Source: Candidatus Latescibacterota bacterium (GTDB lineage Bacteria; Latescibacterota; UBA2968; UBA8231). Taken from it: a stretch of DNA of 64,000 nucleotides. Shown here piece after piece: positions 50,388-60,682 of this stretch (position 1 is the first letter of the stretch; each line of letters begins with the position of its first letter). The stretch lies in NCBI GenBank assembly GCA_965206595.1, contig OZ242214.1:2144001-2208000 (forward strand), in the 5' to 3' direction. Under the pieces are notes generated by a model. The model searched no databases. It was not told where the DNA came from and was given only the letters and a program-made list of their open reading frames with translations. The translations under genes were made by a program, and so were the position numbers.

Positions 50388-51476
50388 TCAGCCGTAGATC
50401 TCTCGAAGCCGCCGCGCCGCCTCGGCCTGGTACTGCAGCTTGCGGTAGACCTCGTCGAGGTCGACCCGCGCCGCAGATCCGGGGGCGAAGCCGCAGTCGG
50501 GGTTGAGGACGATGCGCTCGGCGCCGACTACCTCCGCGGCCTGCTGGACGCGCTCCACGATCCGAGCGTCGTCGTCGATCTCCCCCGGGTGCACGCTGAC
50601 GCAGCCGAGGCCGATCTCCAAGTGTTCGGGAAGCTGCTCCAGAACTTCGACGTCGCCGGCGCCCGGGTTGGTGAACTCCAGGGTCAGGTGGTCGGTGTCG
50701 AGCTCCCGGAGGGCGGGGACGATGGGGCCGTAGCCGCCGCTGTGGTAGGCCTCCCCGCGCACCCTGGCGCCGGCTCTGCGGCACAGGTGCACGGCGCGCA
50801 CGGCCTCGCCGGCGATGCCCACCAGAACCTCGTTGTCCATGTCGACGGAGAAGGCCGCCTCCTCGTCGGCGCCCCAATCCTCTTCGTCGTACTGGTCGCG
50901 GACCTCGGGATCGACGAGCAGGCACAGGTGCGGATCGTCCACCTGTACGATGTCGGCCCCGGCTTCGACAACCAGCTCCGCCTCGCGCTGCAGGATCGGG
51001 GCCACGGCCTCGGCGAAGACGCGAGGCGTCCCGTAGGCCTCGAGGGAGAGGTCGCCGTCCCACATGCGCTCGGCCAGCAGGGCAGGCGACGGCAGGGCCA
51101 CCTTGATCAGACGGTCCGTCAGCGAGCGCAGGTGCTCGACCTCCGCCGCCACCACCCCCTGGTCCCGGACCGACACCGCTCCGGTGACCACGGTCCACGG
51201 ACGGCCGTCCTCCGTCCGGCTCACCTCGAACCCGTCGGCCAGCTCGGCGATGACGCCGATGTAGGAGGCCCGCCGCCACTCGCCGTCGGAGATCACGTCG
51301 AGGCCGGCCGCCTCCTGCAGCGAGACGGCGTGGGCCACGGCGGCGTCGAGCCGGCCCTTCCAGCCCTCGTCCCGGCGGCCGTCGGCGACGATCTCGCGCA
51401 CGTAGTCGGGCCGCGGCAGGGAGCCGACCACCGACGTCGGGAACAGGGATCCGCAGCGCTCTGCGATGGTGGGCAT
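50388..51476 (-). CDS. Cobalamin-independent methionine synthase II family (single-barrel MetE-like)
   Basis: TSVVGSLPRP, DVISDGEWRR, VQVDDP, HLC, LEF and NPDCGF. Confidence 0.88.
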   Translation of the reverse strand: MPTIAERCGSLFPTSVVGSLPRPDYVREIVADGRRDEGWKGRLDAAVAHAVSLQEAAGLDVISDGEWRRASYIGVIAELADGFEVSRTEDGRPWTVVTGAVSVRDQGVVAAEVEHLRSLTDRLIKVALPSPALLAERMWDGDLSLEAYGTPRVFAEAVAPILQREAELVVEAGADIVQVDDPHLCLLVDPEVRDQYDEEDWGADEEAAFSVDMDNEVLVGIAGEAVRAVHLCRRAGARVRGEAYHSGGYGPIVPALRELDTDHLTLEFTNPGAGDVEVLEQLPEHLEIGLGCVSVHPGEIDDDARIVERVQQAAEVVGAERIVLNPDCGFAPGSAARVDLDEVYRKLQYQAEAARRLREIYG

Positions 51477-52237
51477 CAGGCAAACCTCCGCGGCCAACTC
51501 TCGTTGGCCAGGGCGTAGTCTTCCTCGGTGTCGACCTCGGCGTACTCGCCGCCCGTGGTCACCATGTGGAACCTCTCTCCCTGTTCGAGCATGTGCTGGT
51601 AGAGATAGATGAGATAGGCCTGGCGGAAGGGGGTTCCGTCCTGCCGGACCTGCCCGTCGAATCGCGCCTTCAACTGGTGGTAGTGACGGCGCAGGGCGCT
51701 CGCGCCCGCGGCCGAGAACCGGGCCACGCCGATGTACTCCCCGCAGGCCTCGGCGGAAGGGAGTCTGCGGCTCACCCGCAGCACCCGGTCGCCCTCGGTG
51801 AGCACTTTCTCGGCGTCGTCCTCCGGGTGCTGGCTGCGGTCCGCGTAGCGCTCCCGCCAGCGGGTGTCGACGCAGAGCACGGCGTCCCCTGGATGGTCCA
51901 GGGCCCGGCGCACGACGCCGGACCGGTAGAGGATGTCGGCGTAGGTGACGAGAAATTCGCCGTCCATGTGATCCTCGGCGCACATCAGCGAAGCGAGGAT
52001 GTTGGTCCTCTCCCAGTCCGGATTGTGGCAGAAGGTCATTTGCGGGTAGTCGTGCCGGACCTGGTCGATGCGGTACCCGCCGATGAAGACGAAATCGCTC
52101 ACGCCGGCATCGCGCAGGGCCTGCAGCAGCCAGTCGAGGATCCGCCGGCCGCCGATGGAGGCGTACGGTTTCGGCTGTTCGTCGGTGAGGGCCTTGAGCC
52201 GGCGCCCCCTGCCCGCGCCCAGAATGAGTGCACGCAT
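51476..52237 (-). CDS. Phosphocholine/phosphonate cytidylyltransferase-family nucleotidyltransferase
   Basis: ILGAGRGRRL...PKP, YADI, GEYIG and EVDTEED. Confidence 0.85.
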   Translation of the reverse strand: MRALILGAGRGRRLKALTDEQPKPYASIGGRRILDWLLQALRDAGVSDFVFIGGYRIDQVRHDYPQMTFCHNPDWERTNILASLMCAEDHMDGEFLVTYADILYRSGVVRRALDHPGDAVLCVDTRWRERYADRSQHPEDDAEKVLTEGDRVLRVSRRLPSAEACGEYIGVARFSAAGASALRRHYHQLKARFDGQVRQDGTPFRQAYLIYLYQHMLEQGERFHMVTTGGEYAEVDTEEDYALANESWPRRFA

Positions 52238-52290
52238 GCGGGTAAGGATACTTTCTGCCCTGGAGTTGTCCTAACCCGCACGGAGGTCCA

Positions 52291-54552
52291 CTACGGAGAT
52301 GGTTCGGGCCAGTTCAGATGACGATGGAGGAAACGGAACGTGGCTTGGCCATTGATCTGATGTCCGCCGTCGAAAAACTCGATCTCCGTTCTGTCGGCGA
52401 TACCGAGTTGCACATAGAGCCGCCTGACAACAGCGAACTCATGCGCGACCCATTCATCGGGGGCTACGCCGTCTTCGTGTCCGCGCTCCACCATGAACGG
52501 CCGCGGCGCGATCAATCCCGCCATCTCCCCGTAGTTGAAGGTGTTGCCCAGATCGAACTCCGGCATCTCGTACTCCCCGCCGAACATATAGCTGTAGCGA
52601 GAATGGAAAGTGGCATTTTTGACGATCCATTCGTTGAAGTCGGCGGAACAGATCGAGCAGGCGTAGCGATCGAGCACTGCCGGAACCCGCATGGCTGTTT
52701 TCCCACCGTAGGACAACCCGTAAAACCCTATTCGTTCCGCATCGACGAAGGGTTGTTCCGCGAGCCAATCGAGCGTGCGTTCGTGTTGGCGAATGATCAA
52801 CGAAAAGAGCGACCACTTTATCGGGTTCGCCTTGCGCTGGATGACCCGGAAGGCATCGCCGCCGATGTAGGGATTCTGTGGCGCGTAAACGATGAATCCT
52901 CTGTCTGCCAGGGAGGCAGCGTAGGAGTTATAGACGGTTTCCAACTTCGGGTCGGCGGTATCCTGCGGTCTCCCTTCCAGGCCGTGCTGACAGACGACGA
53001 CAGGACGCTGTTCGCCCGGTTGAAGATCCTTCGGGAGCAGCAGGATGCCATAGGCGAAAACGTCCTTCCAGACATCGAGAACGACTTCATAGCTTTTCCA
53101 GTCGGGTTCGTCATAGAGGAGCCGCGTCCTCGGATTTGCCGGCGCATCGGGGGGAGGACACCTGCCGATGACTTCGTCCCGGAAACAGGACTTGAAACCC
53201 TCGCATGTCTCCTCCCAGCGTGTGAGTGAGCTGGTATCGGTCTTTTCCCAGAAGAACTCCTGCCGTCGCGATGCCGCCTCCCGTAAAAAGCGTTGCGTCA
53301 GATTGACCAACTGCATGAACTGCCGCTTCTGACGGGCTTCGTAATCGAAATCGCCAACGTCTGATGCCGAAAGAGGACGGTATCCATCAACATGCGCATT
53401 TGGGACCCCGAGTTCAGCGAGCAGTGTACTCAAGGTCTCCTGAGACCCCGGCAACCCGTCTTCCGGAATAACGAGGTGGATGGCATCCTCACAGTCGAGT
53501 TGCCGATAGAAGCCGCGTGCGCGCTCAAACTCTGTTTGTACGGAGTGGGTCGGTGGAGACACCAATTGTCCGGGTGCAGCGCCACCTCGTCCGGGACGCG
53601 GCGCAGGTGGGCCGGCGACCTCCGGTCCGCGGCTTGCCTCGACGATCAACGGACGCGGCGCGATGAGGCCGGCAATTTCAGCATCGCCGAATTCATGCAG
53701 CAGCCCCCATACGTTCCGGTAGATGGGCTCTCGCCAGACCTCCTGCCGCGATTGAAAATAGCCGCTGACAGCTGCCGCTTTAATACGGATATCGACAGCG
53801 GCACTGTAGAGCGCAATCAGTCCGCCTTCGCCGTAGCCGACAACACCGACCGGTACCTCGGAACGGGACATCCAGTCCACCAGCGACAGTACCTTCTGAA
53901 CCTCGTACCCGATGATGTTCCTTCCGAGCTCGAACGCCATCCGGTAGATGAATTCGCGATGGGGTTGATTCGTCATTGCCCCGAGGGCTGGATTTCCGGA
54001 ACAGGTATCGTCGCGGCTAATGAGGAGCGGGACGACGACACGGCAGCCCGCCTTTGCCAGATGCTGTGCGAAGCGGGCGTTCGCCGGCAAATCGTCCGTC
54101 ACCCCGGCAATCATCTCAGGCGTCCAGTCGGCATCCGGCAGGGCGACAACCTGGGCGGCAACCAGCGCATCGTGCCCAGGCTCCAGCAAAAACCCTTCAC
54201 CATCGACTTCATCGAAAACCTGCCAGCGGACGCGGGATACGGTGTGATTCTCACCTTCCGCAACCTGCGCGGCAGTTCGTGTGGAGGCTATGTAGCTCAG
54301 CTCTTCAATCGGCAGACGCGCATCGAGGCAGCCAATCTGTTTTCTCAGGCGTTCCCGATTCGGTTCGACGGATTGGACATACGCAGGGTGAGAACTGTAA
54401 TCCCGGTTCCATGACGCTTCCCGTGTTTCAGGAGAACGGGCCACCGCTCCGGTAACATACCGGTCAAGAGCTGCAACCATCTGTGCGGCAAGGTCCCCTT
54501 CCAACGTCAAGGGGGTTGTTCCAGGCAATACTTGTGCAGTTTCGTTTGACAT
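52291..54552 (-). CDS. Tandem alpha/beta-hydrolase (dienelactone hydrolase-like) protein
   Basis: First domain GYGEGG; second domain VVCQHGLEG, GLSYGG and GGH. Lower GC than its neighbours. Confidence 0.82.
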   Translation of the reverse strand: MSNETAQVLPGTTPLTLEGDLAAQMVAALDRYVTGAVARSPETREASWNRDYSSHPAYVQSVEPNRERLRKQIGCLDARLPIEELSYIASTRTAAQVAEGENHTVSRVRWQVFDEVDGEGFLLEPGHDALVAAQVVALPDADWTPEMIAGVTDDLPANARFAQHLAKAGCRVVVPLLISRDDTCSGNPALGAMTNQPHREFIYRMAFELGRNIIGYEVQKVLSLVDWMSRSEVPVGVVGYGEGGLIALYSAAVDIRIKAAAVSGYFQSRQEVWREPIYRNVWGLLHEFGDAEIAGLIAPRPLIVEASRGPEVAGPPAPRPGRGGAAPGQLVSPPTHSVQTEFERARGFYRQLDCEDAIHLVIPEDGLPGSQETLSTLLAELGVPNAHVDGYRPLSASDVGDFDYEARQKRQFMQLVNLTQRFLREAASRRQEFFWEKTDTSSLTRWEETCEGFKSCFRDEVIGRCPPPDAPANPRTRLLYDEPDWKSYEVVLDVWKDVFAYGILLLPKDLQPGEQRPVVVCQHGLEGRPQDTADPKLETVYNSYAASLADRGFIVYAPQNPYIGGDAFRVIQRKANPIKWSLFSLIIRQHERTLDWLAEQPFVDAERIGFYGLSYGGKTAMRVPAVLDRYACSICSADFNEWIVKNATFHSRYSYMFGGEYEMPEFDLGNTFNYGEMAGLIAPRPFMVERGHEDGVAPDEWVAHEFAVVRRLYVQLGIADRTEIEFFDGGHQINGQATFRFLHRHLNWPEPSP

Positions 54553-54674
54553 GCGAACTCCTTTGCAGGTTTTGTTCCTGTCCGCCCATATCAGGACCAA
54601 TCCAGGATTCGACGGGGTCGTTGAGGGCAAACTTGGCCCCGCCGCGGCGGCGGCGCCTCTTGTGGGGAAAGAGC

Positions 54675-56111
54675 ATGAAAAAGAACATCCTCATGATCGT
54701 CGTCGACGATCTGAGACCGGAGATCGGCTGCTTCGGCAAGGACAAGCTCCACACGCCCCATCTCGACGCCCTTGCCGCCGGCGGCATGCAGTTCGACCGC
54801 GCCTACTGTCAGGTGCCGATATGCATGCCGTCCCGGGCAAGCCTGTTGAGCGGAGTCCGGCCGGACGGCACGTGGCGGGACCGCATCGCCCAGATGTGCC
54901 CGAACGGAGAGCCCTCCCTGCCCCGGTATCTGCGCGAGAACGGCTGCGCCACCGTCTCCATCGGCAAGGTCTACCACTACAACGACGAAGATGCCGAGGG
55001 CTGGACCCGGCGCTACACCGACACCTTCCACGAAGCCTCCTACACGTGCGACGGCTACTGCTCCGGGTATCAACACGAAGAGAACCGGCGCAAGCTGAAG
55101 GACTTCGCCCTGCAGTTCACCGGGTCGGACGTGGAGCTGCCGGCTCGCGTCGAATGCGCCGACGCCCCCGATGCCGCCTATCCGGATGGCATCGTCGCCG
55201 CAGCGGCGACGGAGGAGCTGCGGCAATTCGCCGCGAGCCGGCAACCGTTCTTTCTCGCCGCCGGCTTCTACCGGCCGCACCTGCCATGGGCGGTACCCAG
55301 GAAGTACTGGGACCTCTACGACCGGGACGGTGTCGACCTCGCCGACAACCCGTTCTTCCCGAAGGACGGCATCGGCAAGTCCGACCTCAGCGACTTCCGC
55401 CACTACGGAGACCCCGAGACCGACGAGCTCTACTCCGACATCGGCCGCTACACCGACGACGACTTTCCGGTGCTGAGCGAAGTCAAACAGCGGGAATCCG
55501 TTCACGGATACTGGGCCAGCGTGAGCTTCGTCGATGCCCAGATCGGCAAGGTAGTGGACGAGCTCCGTCGCCTGGGACTGGCCGAGGACACGACTGTCGT
55601 GCTCTGGGGAGACAACGGCTGGCACCTCGGCGAGCACAAGCTGTGGTCCAAGACCACGAGCTTCGAGGAGTCCACGCGCGTGCCGCTGTTGATCTCCGGC
55701 CCCGGCATACCGCCCGGCGCTCGTACCGATGCGCTCGTGGAGCTGGTGGATCTCTATCCGACGATCTGCGATCTCCTGTCCCTGCCGGCTCCGGGGCATC
55801 TGCAGGGGTCCAGCCTGCTGCCGCTTTTCGGATCCCCCGGACAGGAGTGGAAAAGCGCCGTCTTTTCGCGGATATGGGACGCGTCGACGGTCAGGACGAA
55901 CGACTACCGCCTGACGCATTATGCGGAAGGGTCGCCGCAGGGGGATGAGCGCCATCTGCCGAACGCGGGGGAATTCGAGCTCTTCGACCTTCACGCCGAC
56001 CCGCGGGAGAACGTCAACATAGCCAGGGCGCACCCGGAGATCGTCGCGCGCCTCAACCGCTTGCTGCAGAGCGGCTGGCAGGCCGCGCTGCCCCCGCACA
56101 CACACCCGTAG
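54675..56111 (+). CDS. Sulfatase (iduronate-2-sulfatase-like)
   Basis: DDLR, CMPSRAS (CxPxR), GKVYH, RPHLP, GDNGWHLGEH and ELFDLHADPRENVN. Confidence 0.93.
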   Translation: MKKNILMIVVDDLRPEIGCFGKDKLHTPHLDALAAGGMQFDRAYCQVPICMPSRASLLSGVRPDGTWRDRIAQMCPNGEPSLPRYLRENGCATVSIGKVYHYNDEDAEGWTRRYTDTFHEASYTCDGYCSGYQHEENRRKLKDFALQFTGSDVELPARVECADAPDAAYPDGIVAAAATEELRQFAASRQPFFLAAGFYRPHLPWAVPRKYWDLYDRDGVDLADNPFFPKDGIGKSDLSDFRHYGDPETDELYSDIGRYTDDDFPVLSEVKQRESVHGYWASVSFVDAQIGKVVDELRRLGLAEDTTVVLWGDNGWHLGEHKLWSKTTSFEESTRVPLLISGPGIPPGARTDALVELVDLYPTICDLLSLPAPGHLQGSSLLPLFGSPGQEWKSAVFSRIWDASTVRTNDYRLTHYAEGSPQGDERHLPNAGEFELFDLHADPRENVNIARAHPEIVARLNRLLQSGWQAALPPHTHP

Positions 56112-56178
56112 GTTTACACCTCCGGTTCTCCGAAGCCCGGAGCCGCCGAGCACCGTGCCCCAAGTGAAATCCCCGGGG

Positions 56179-56868
56179 CTACATGACACCGAATTTCTTG
56201 TAAGCCTCACCGGCCGTCATGCCGTTGCGCAGAGCGATCCGCACCTTCGATTCCGTCTTCACCTTCTCGTAGGCTTCGAGAACCACTTCCTCGATCGAGT
56301 TGCCGGGAATCACCACCATGCCGTCCTCGGATCCCAGCAGGAGGTCACCGGGCCAGACGGCGACATCGCCGCAGTAAACCGCTTCGTTGATGCCGGTTAT
56401 CGTTCGGTGATAGAGCAGGTCGCTCATGTGCGAACCACGGCAGAAGAGCGGGAAGCCCAGTTTCCGCACCAGCTCCATATCCCGGGAGAAGCCGTCAATC
56501 ACCGCACCGTTTCCGCCGCGGCAGATCGCTGCTTCGGCGCACAGTTCCCCCCACACGCAACAATCGGTCCGGTCGGTGACCAGAACTTCCCCGGGTTGGA
56601 GCCCGTCGATTGCCGCGAAAAGCAGTTCGTACTCCCTGCCGGCCTGCGGGGTGCCGACCAGGGGCTGGGACTGCATGGTACGGGCAATGCCGGCCAGTCG
56701 GGTCGCGGTGTCGATGGGACCGATACCGTGGCGCATGACCTGGTTGTGGAAGCCGCGCGCGTGCAGGACATCGGACACGGCCGCCGGTTCCAGTTCCGCT
56801 ATCATGTCCCACACTTCGATGCCGAGACGATCGGCCGGCCGGCTCAATTCAAAACTGCTGACGGACAT
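56179..56868 (-). CDS. RraA / HMG-aldolase family protein
   Basis: AVSDVL, VWGEL, AVIDGFSRD and PGDLLLGSEDG. Confidence 0.85.
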   Translation of the reverse strand: MSVSSFELSRPADRLGIEVWDMIAELEPAAVSDVLHARGFHNQVMRHGIGPIDTATRLAGIARTMQSQPLVGTPQAGREYELLFAAIDGLQPGEVLVTDRTDCCVWGELCAEAAICRGGNGAVIDGFSRDMELVRKLGFPLFCRGSHMSDLLYHRTITGINEAVYCGDVAVWPGDLLLGSEDGMVVIPGNSIEEVVLEAYEKVKTESKVRIALRNGMTAGEAYKKFGVM

Positions 56869-56876
56869 GGGCGCTC

Positions 56877-58076
56877 CTACCATTGGGACTTGACGGGCGG
56901 TTTGCCGCTTCTGGCCTCGTCTTCGGCGTATATCGAGATATCGCCCTCGCGGCGGTGGGCTTCGGCATAGAGAGCAAAGCGATCCGGGTCCAGTGTTACC
57001 CCCAGCCCCGGTCCGTCGGGCACGCGCATCGTTCCGCGCGAAGTATAGGAGATGACCCCGGCCTCGACCACGTCGCCGCCCTGCTGATGCATGTGGGAGT
57101 CGAGGGCATGGGGCAGGGCCGGAACCGAAGCGCCGACGTGCAGGCAGGCGGCGGTGGAGATGCCCAGTTCGCCGCCGCTGTGGAGGTTGAACCCGAGCTG
57201 GAAGACTTCGCAGGTCGCCTGCAGTTTCCTGGTGTTCGAAATCCCGCCCCACTCGTGGATATCTCCCAGGACGACGTCGACAGAGTTCATCCGCAGACCT
57301 TGCGCCAGCTGGTCGAGATCCATGACGCACATATTCGTCGCCAGGGGTATGTTCACGCGCTCGCGGACCCTGGCCATCGCTTCGTTTCCCCAGCACGGGT
57401 CTTCGTAGTACTCGATATCCAGCGGCTCGATGAGTTTGCCGATCCGTATCGACGTCGCGGCCGAGAGCACGGCGTTCGGGTCGTAACGTATCCTGGTTGC
57501 GGGGAAAGCGGCGCGCAGCGCCCGCAGGGCCTCGACCTCCTCCTCCGGGCCCATCACGCCGCCCTTGAACTTGATAGTCTCGAAGCCGTACCTGGCGTGC
57601 AACTCCCTGGTATGGGAAACGACCTCGTCGGGGTTGGACACCTGCCCGGTCCCGTCCTTTCCGGCGTGCCGGTAGAAGATGTAGGAAGCGAAAGGAACTT
57701 CGTCGCGGAAGCGCCCGCCCAGGAGGTCGCAGAGCGGACGCCCGGCGATCTTTCCCTTGAGATCCCAGCAGGCCATTTCCAGAGCTGCCATGGCGCACAG
57801 ACCGGCTTTCCCGTGGTAGAAGGGCACGAACAGCGTCTTCGCCAGGATGTTCTCGGTGAGCATGGGGTCTTCGCCGAGAAACATGGGCGCAACATTGGTG
57901 TCGATCAGAAGTTTGGTGACGTCACCCCCCAGAGTTTCGCCCAGTCCGATCAACCCTTCATCGGTATGCATTTCCACGATACAGCGCGACCAACCGTCCT
58001 CGACTCCTCCCGCCCAGCGCAGCGGAGCCACGAAGGGCACGTTTACGACGGTCACATCAATTCTGCTGATCTTCAT
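56877..58076 (-). CDS. Glucarate dehydratase-related enolase superfamily enzyme
   Basis: KFKGGV, RYDPN, YYEDP, LATNM and HSGGELGIS. Confidence 0.88.
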   Translation of the reverse strand: MKISRIDVTVVNVPFVAPLRWAGGVEDGWSRCIVEMHTDEGLIGLGETLGGDVTKLLIDTNVAPMFLGEDPMLTENILAKTLFVPFYHGKAGLCAMAALEMACWDLKGKIAGRPLCDLLGGRFRDEVPFASYIFYRHAGKDGTGQVSNPDEVVSHTRELHARYGFETIKFKGGVMGPEEEVEALRALRAAFPATRIRYDPNAVLSAATSIRIGKLIEPLDIEYYEDPCWGNEAMARVRERVNIPLATNMCVMDLDQLAQGLRMNSVDVVLGDIHEWGGISNTRKLQATCEVFQLGFNLHSGGELGISTAACLHVGASVPALPHALDSHMHQQGGDVVEAGVISYTSRGTMRVPDGPGLGVTLDPDRFALYAEAHRREGDISIYAEDEARSGKPPVKSQW

Positions 58077-58092
58077 GCCGACCCACCACGGT

Positions 58093-58114
58093 TTCGTTCA
58101 TACTTCGTTCATAC
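58093..58114. repeat. 11-bp tandem direct repeat in a divergent promoter region
   Basis: TTCGTTCATAC twice. Confidence 0.85.
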
Positions 58115-58324
58115 ATTGAACCTGTATCCTTGTAAGCCGTCGCGTCTTCCCCGTTCCAGGAAGGCGAGGCAGTTTCGTTCAGGGCGCGCTCCGGGAGCTT
58201 GCGGAGAAACGGTCGACTGGACGCGCCGGTTCAAAACGTGAACACGGCATAGTACGGTTACCTGCCGGCGACAGCCAACAGTCGGCCGGTATCGGAATGT
58301 CAACAACCCGCAAGCCAATGGGAG

Positions 58325-59158
58325 GTGTGGTACTTCATGCCAATCAGACTGAAAAGGACGATCCGGTTTCTTGCGGCCATGGCCTTAGTCCTGACCGCAA
58401 GTCAGTTATTGCTCGCGTCCGGTGCCTCCGCAGATACGTTGTCAAAAGTCCAGGAGAGCAAATACATCCTCATGGGCACCTACAATGAGCCGCCGCACAA
58501 CTGGGTGGAACCAGCTGGCGGAGGCTACAAGGGGATCGACTACGACCTGGCCGGCACCATCCTGGCAAACCTTGGCGTAGAGACCATCCACCAGATTCCG
58601 GTGGACTGGGCGGGCTTGATTCCGGGCCTTAAGGCCGGCCGCTGGGATATGGTCGCCGTCGGCCAGGCCATCACCCCGGCACGCGCCGAGCAGGTCGCCT
58701 TTACCAAGCCCATCTACAGCTACGGTCTGGCGCTGATTGTCCCCCCCGGGAACCCCGAGGAAATCAAGGGACGCGACCAGTTTCCAGGGAAGAGGATCGG
58801 CGGCATCCTCGGGTCCACGGCCACCGACTATGTCAACGCCATTCCGACTGCCGAGTTCGTTGCCTACAAAAGCCACCCGGAAATGATCGCGGATCTCAAG
58901 GCCGGCCGGATCGACTGCATTCTGGCCGGCGAAACCGCCGCGGCATTCGCCCAGGCCAGGCACCCCGAACCGGTCGAGTTCGTCCCCGGCTGGGAAGGGT
59001 ACGGGGACGCACTTTTCAAAATCGGCTTCTCGTTCCGCAAGGACGACAGGCCGTTCGTCGATGCGTTCGATGCCGCCCTCGACAAGATGAAGGCCGACGG
59101 GAGCCTTGCCCGCATTCTGGAAACCTACGGCCTGACCGCCGCCAACATCGTCCGTTGA
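58325..59158 (+). CDS. Polar amino acid ABC transporter substrate-binding protein (EhuB-like)
   Basis: NEPP, GLIPGLKAGRWD, ITPARAEQVAF and MKADGSLARI. Confidence 0.88.
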   Translation: MWYFMPIRLKRTIRFLAAMALVLTASQLLLASGASADTLSKVQESKYILMGTYNEPPHNWVEPAGGGYKGIDYDLAGTILANLGVETIHQIPVDWAGLIPGLKAGRWDMVAVGQAITPARAEQVAFTKPIYSYGLALIVPPGNPEEIKGRDQFPGKRIGGILGSTATDYVNAIPTAEFVAYKSHPEMIADLKAGRIDCILAGETAAAFAQARHPEPVEFVPGWEGYGDALFKIGFSFRKDDRPFVDAFDAALDKMKADGSLARILETYGLTAANIVR

Positions 59159-59222
59159 GGGGCGGAGCAGCTAGCCGCGGCATGCGATCGATTGCCGCCG
59201 ATGCGGGACTCCGGAGCCAGTG

Positions 59223-59945
59223 ATGCCGACCCTCCCTGTCGAGGACTTCCTCTTCTTTCTCCCCACCCTGTTGAAGGGTGCGAAGCTGACGGTCTTCCTG
59301 ACGCTCGTGGTCTTCGTACTGGCTGTTCTGCTGGGGTTGCTCGTCGCCTTGGGGCGCCAGTCCCGCTACCGACTGATCCGGATACCCTTGACAGCCTATG
59401 TCGAGCTGATCCGGTCCACACCCGGCCTGGTCCAGATCTACTACATCTTTTACGTGCTGCCGTTCTTCGGGTTCACGATGGATGCCATTCCAGCGGGCAT
59501 TGCCGGGCTGTCGCTCAACTACGCGGCTTACCTTTCGGAGGTATTCCGCAGCGGCATACAATCCGTTCCCGTCACACAAAAGGAGGCAGCGACCACGATC
59601 GGCCTGTCCCACCTGCAGACCCTGCGTTTCGTCATCCTTCCGCAGGCGGTGCGAACCGTCCTGCCGCCGATCATCAACTACCTGCTCATGCTGTTCAAGG
59701 ACACTTCCCTGCTGTCCGTCATCACCATTCAGGAACTGCTGTTCTCGGGCCTCCTTCTGGCCTCGACCACCTTCAAGCACCACATCATTCTTACCGAGAT
59801 TGCCATCATATACTTCATCATATGCTATCCGGTGGCGCTTCTGGCGACGTTTCTGGAGAACCGGCTGAAGAGCAAGCGAAAGCCGCTTTTACGATCGTGG
59901 AGCGAGTCCTTCCGGCGCGCCCTGCCAGGTGTAACCCGGGCATGA
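59223..59945 (+). CDS. Polar amino acid ABC transporter permease
   Basis: YVELIRSTP, AYLSEVFRSGI and KDTSL. Confidence 0.9.
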   Translation: MPTLPVEDFLFFLPTLLKGAKLTVFLTLVVFVLAVLLGLLVALGRQSRYRLIRIPLTAYVELIRSTPGLVQIYYIFYVLPFFGFTMDAIPAGIAGLSLNYAAYLSEVFRSGIQSVPVTQKEAATTIGLSHLQTLRFVILPQAVRTVLPPIINYLLMLFKDTSLLSVITIQELLFSGLLLASTTFKHHIILTEIAIIYFIICYPVALLATFLENRLKSKRKPLLRSWSESFRRALPGVTRA

Positions 59946-60682
59946 GCGCAAAGGCACCTATCGTCACCCTGGACGAGGTCCACCAGGGGTACGGCGGCAC
60001 TCCGGTTCTGCGAGGAATCAACTTGAAGGTCGAGACGGGAGAAGTCGTCGCCGTCATCGGACCTTCGGGATCGGGCAAGTCGACACTGCTTCGCGTGATC
60101 TGCAGGCTGGTCCCCACGACATCGGGCCGTGTTCTGGTCGACGGCATTCCCGTCCATGAAGCCAGGGCCGACCTGCAACGGCTTTACCGAACCGTCGGCA
60201 TGGTGTTCCAGAGCTACAACCTCTTCCCGCACATGACGGCCCTGCGCAACATCACCCTCGGGCTGACCGAGGCCCAGCGTCTCCCGAAGGACAAAGCCAA
60301 CGAAGTCGCCCGGCGGTTTCTCGCGAAAGTGGGCCTCAGCGACAAGGAGGAGGCTTACCCCGACGAACTATCGGGGGGCCAGCAGCAACGTATCGCCATC
60401 GCTCGCAGTCTGGCGATGTACCCCAAGGTGATCCTGCTCGACGAAGTCACCGCAGCGCTCGATCCTGAAACCGTGAAGGAGGTCCTCGTTTCCATCCGCG
60501 AGCTCGCCGACGACGGAATGACGCTCATCATCGTCACCCATGAGATTAGATTCGCCCGCGAGGTGGCAAACCGCGTCGTGTTCATGGACGAAGGCCGCGT
60601 GGTAGAGGAAGGGCCGCCCTCGCATCTGCTTGACCGGCCGGAACGGGAACGGACCCGGAGTTTTCTCGACAAGGTCCTGTGA
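59942..60682 (+). CDS. Polar amino acid ABC transporter ATP-binding protein
   Basis: GPSGSGKST, LSGGQQQR and LLDEVTAALDPE. Confidence 0.92.
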   Translation: MSAKAPIVTLDEVHQGYGGTPVLRGINLKVETGEVVAVIGPSGSGKSTLLRVICRLVPTTSGRVLVDGIPVHEARADLQRLYRTVGMVFQSYNLFPHMTALRNITLGLTEAQRLPKDKANEVARRFLAKVGLSDKEEAYPDELSGGQQQRIAIARSLAMYPKVILLDEVTAALDPETVKEVLVSIRELADDGMTLIIVTHEIRFAREVANRVVFMDEGRVVEEGPPSHLLDRPERERTRSFLDKVL

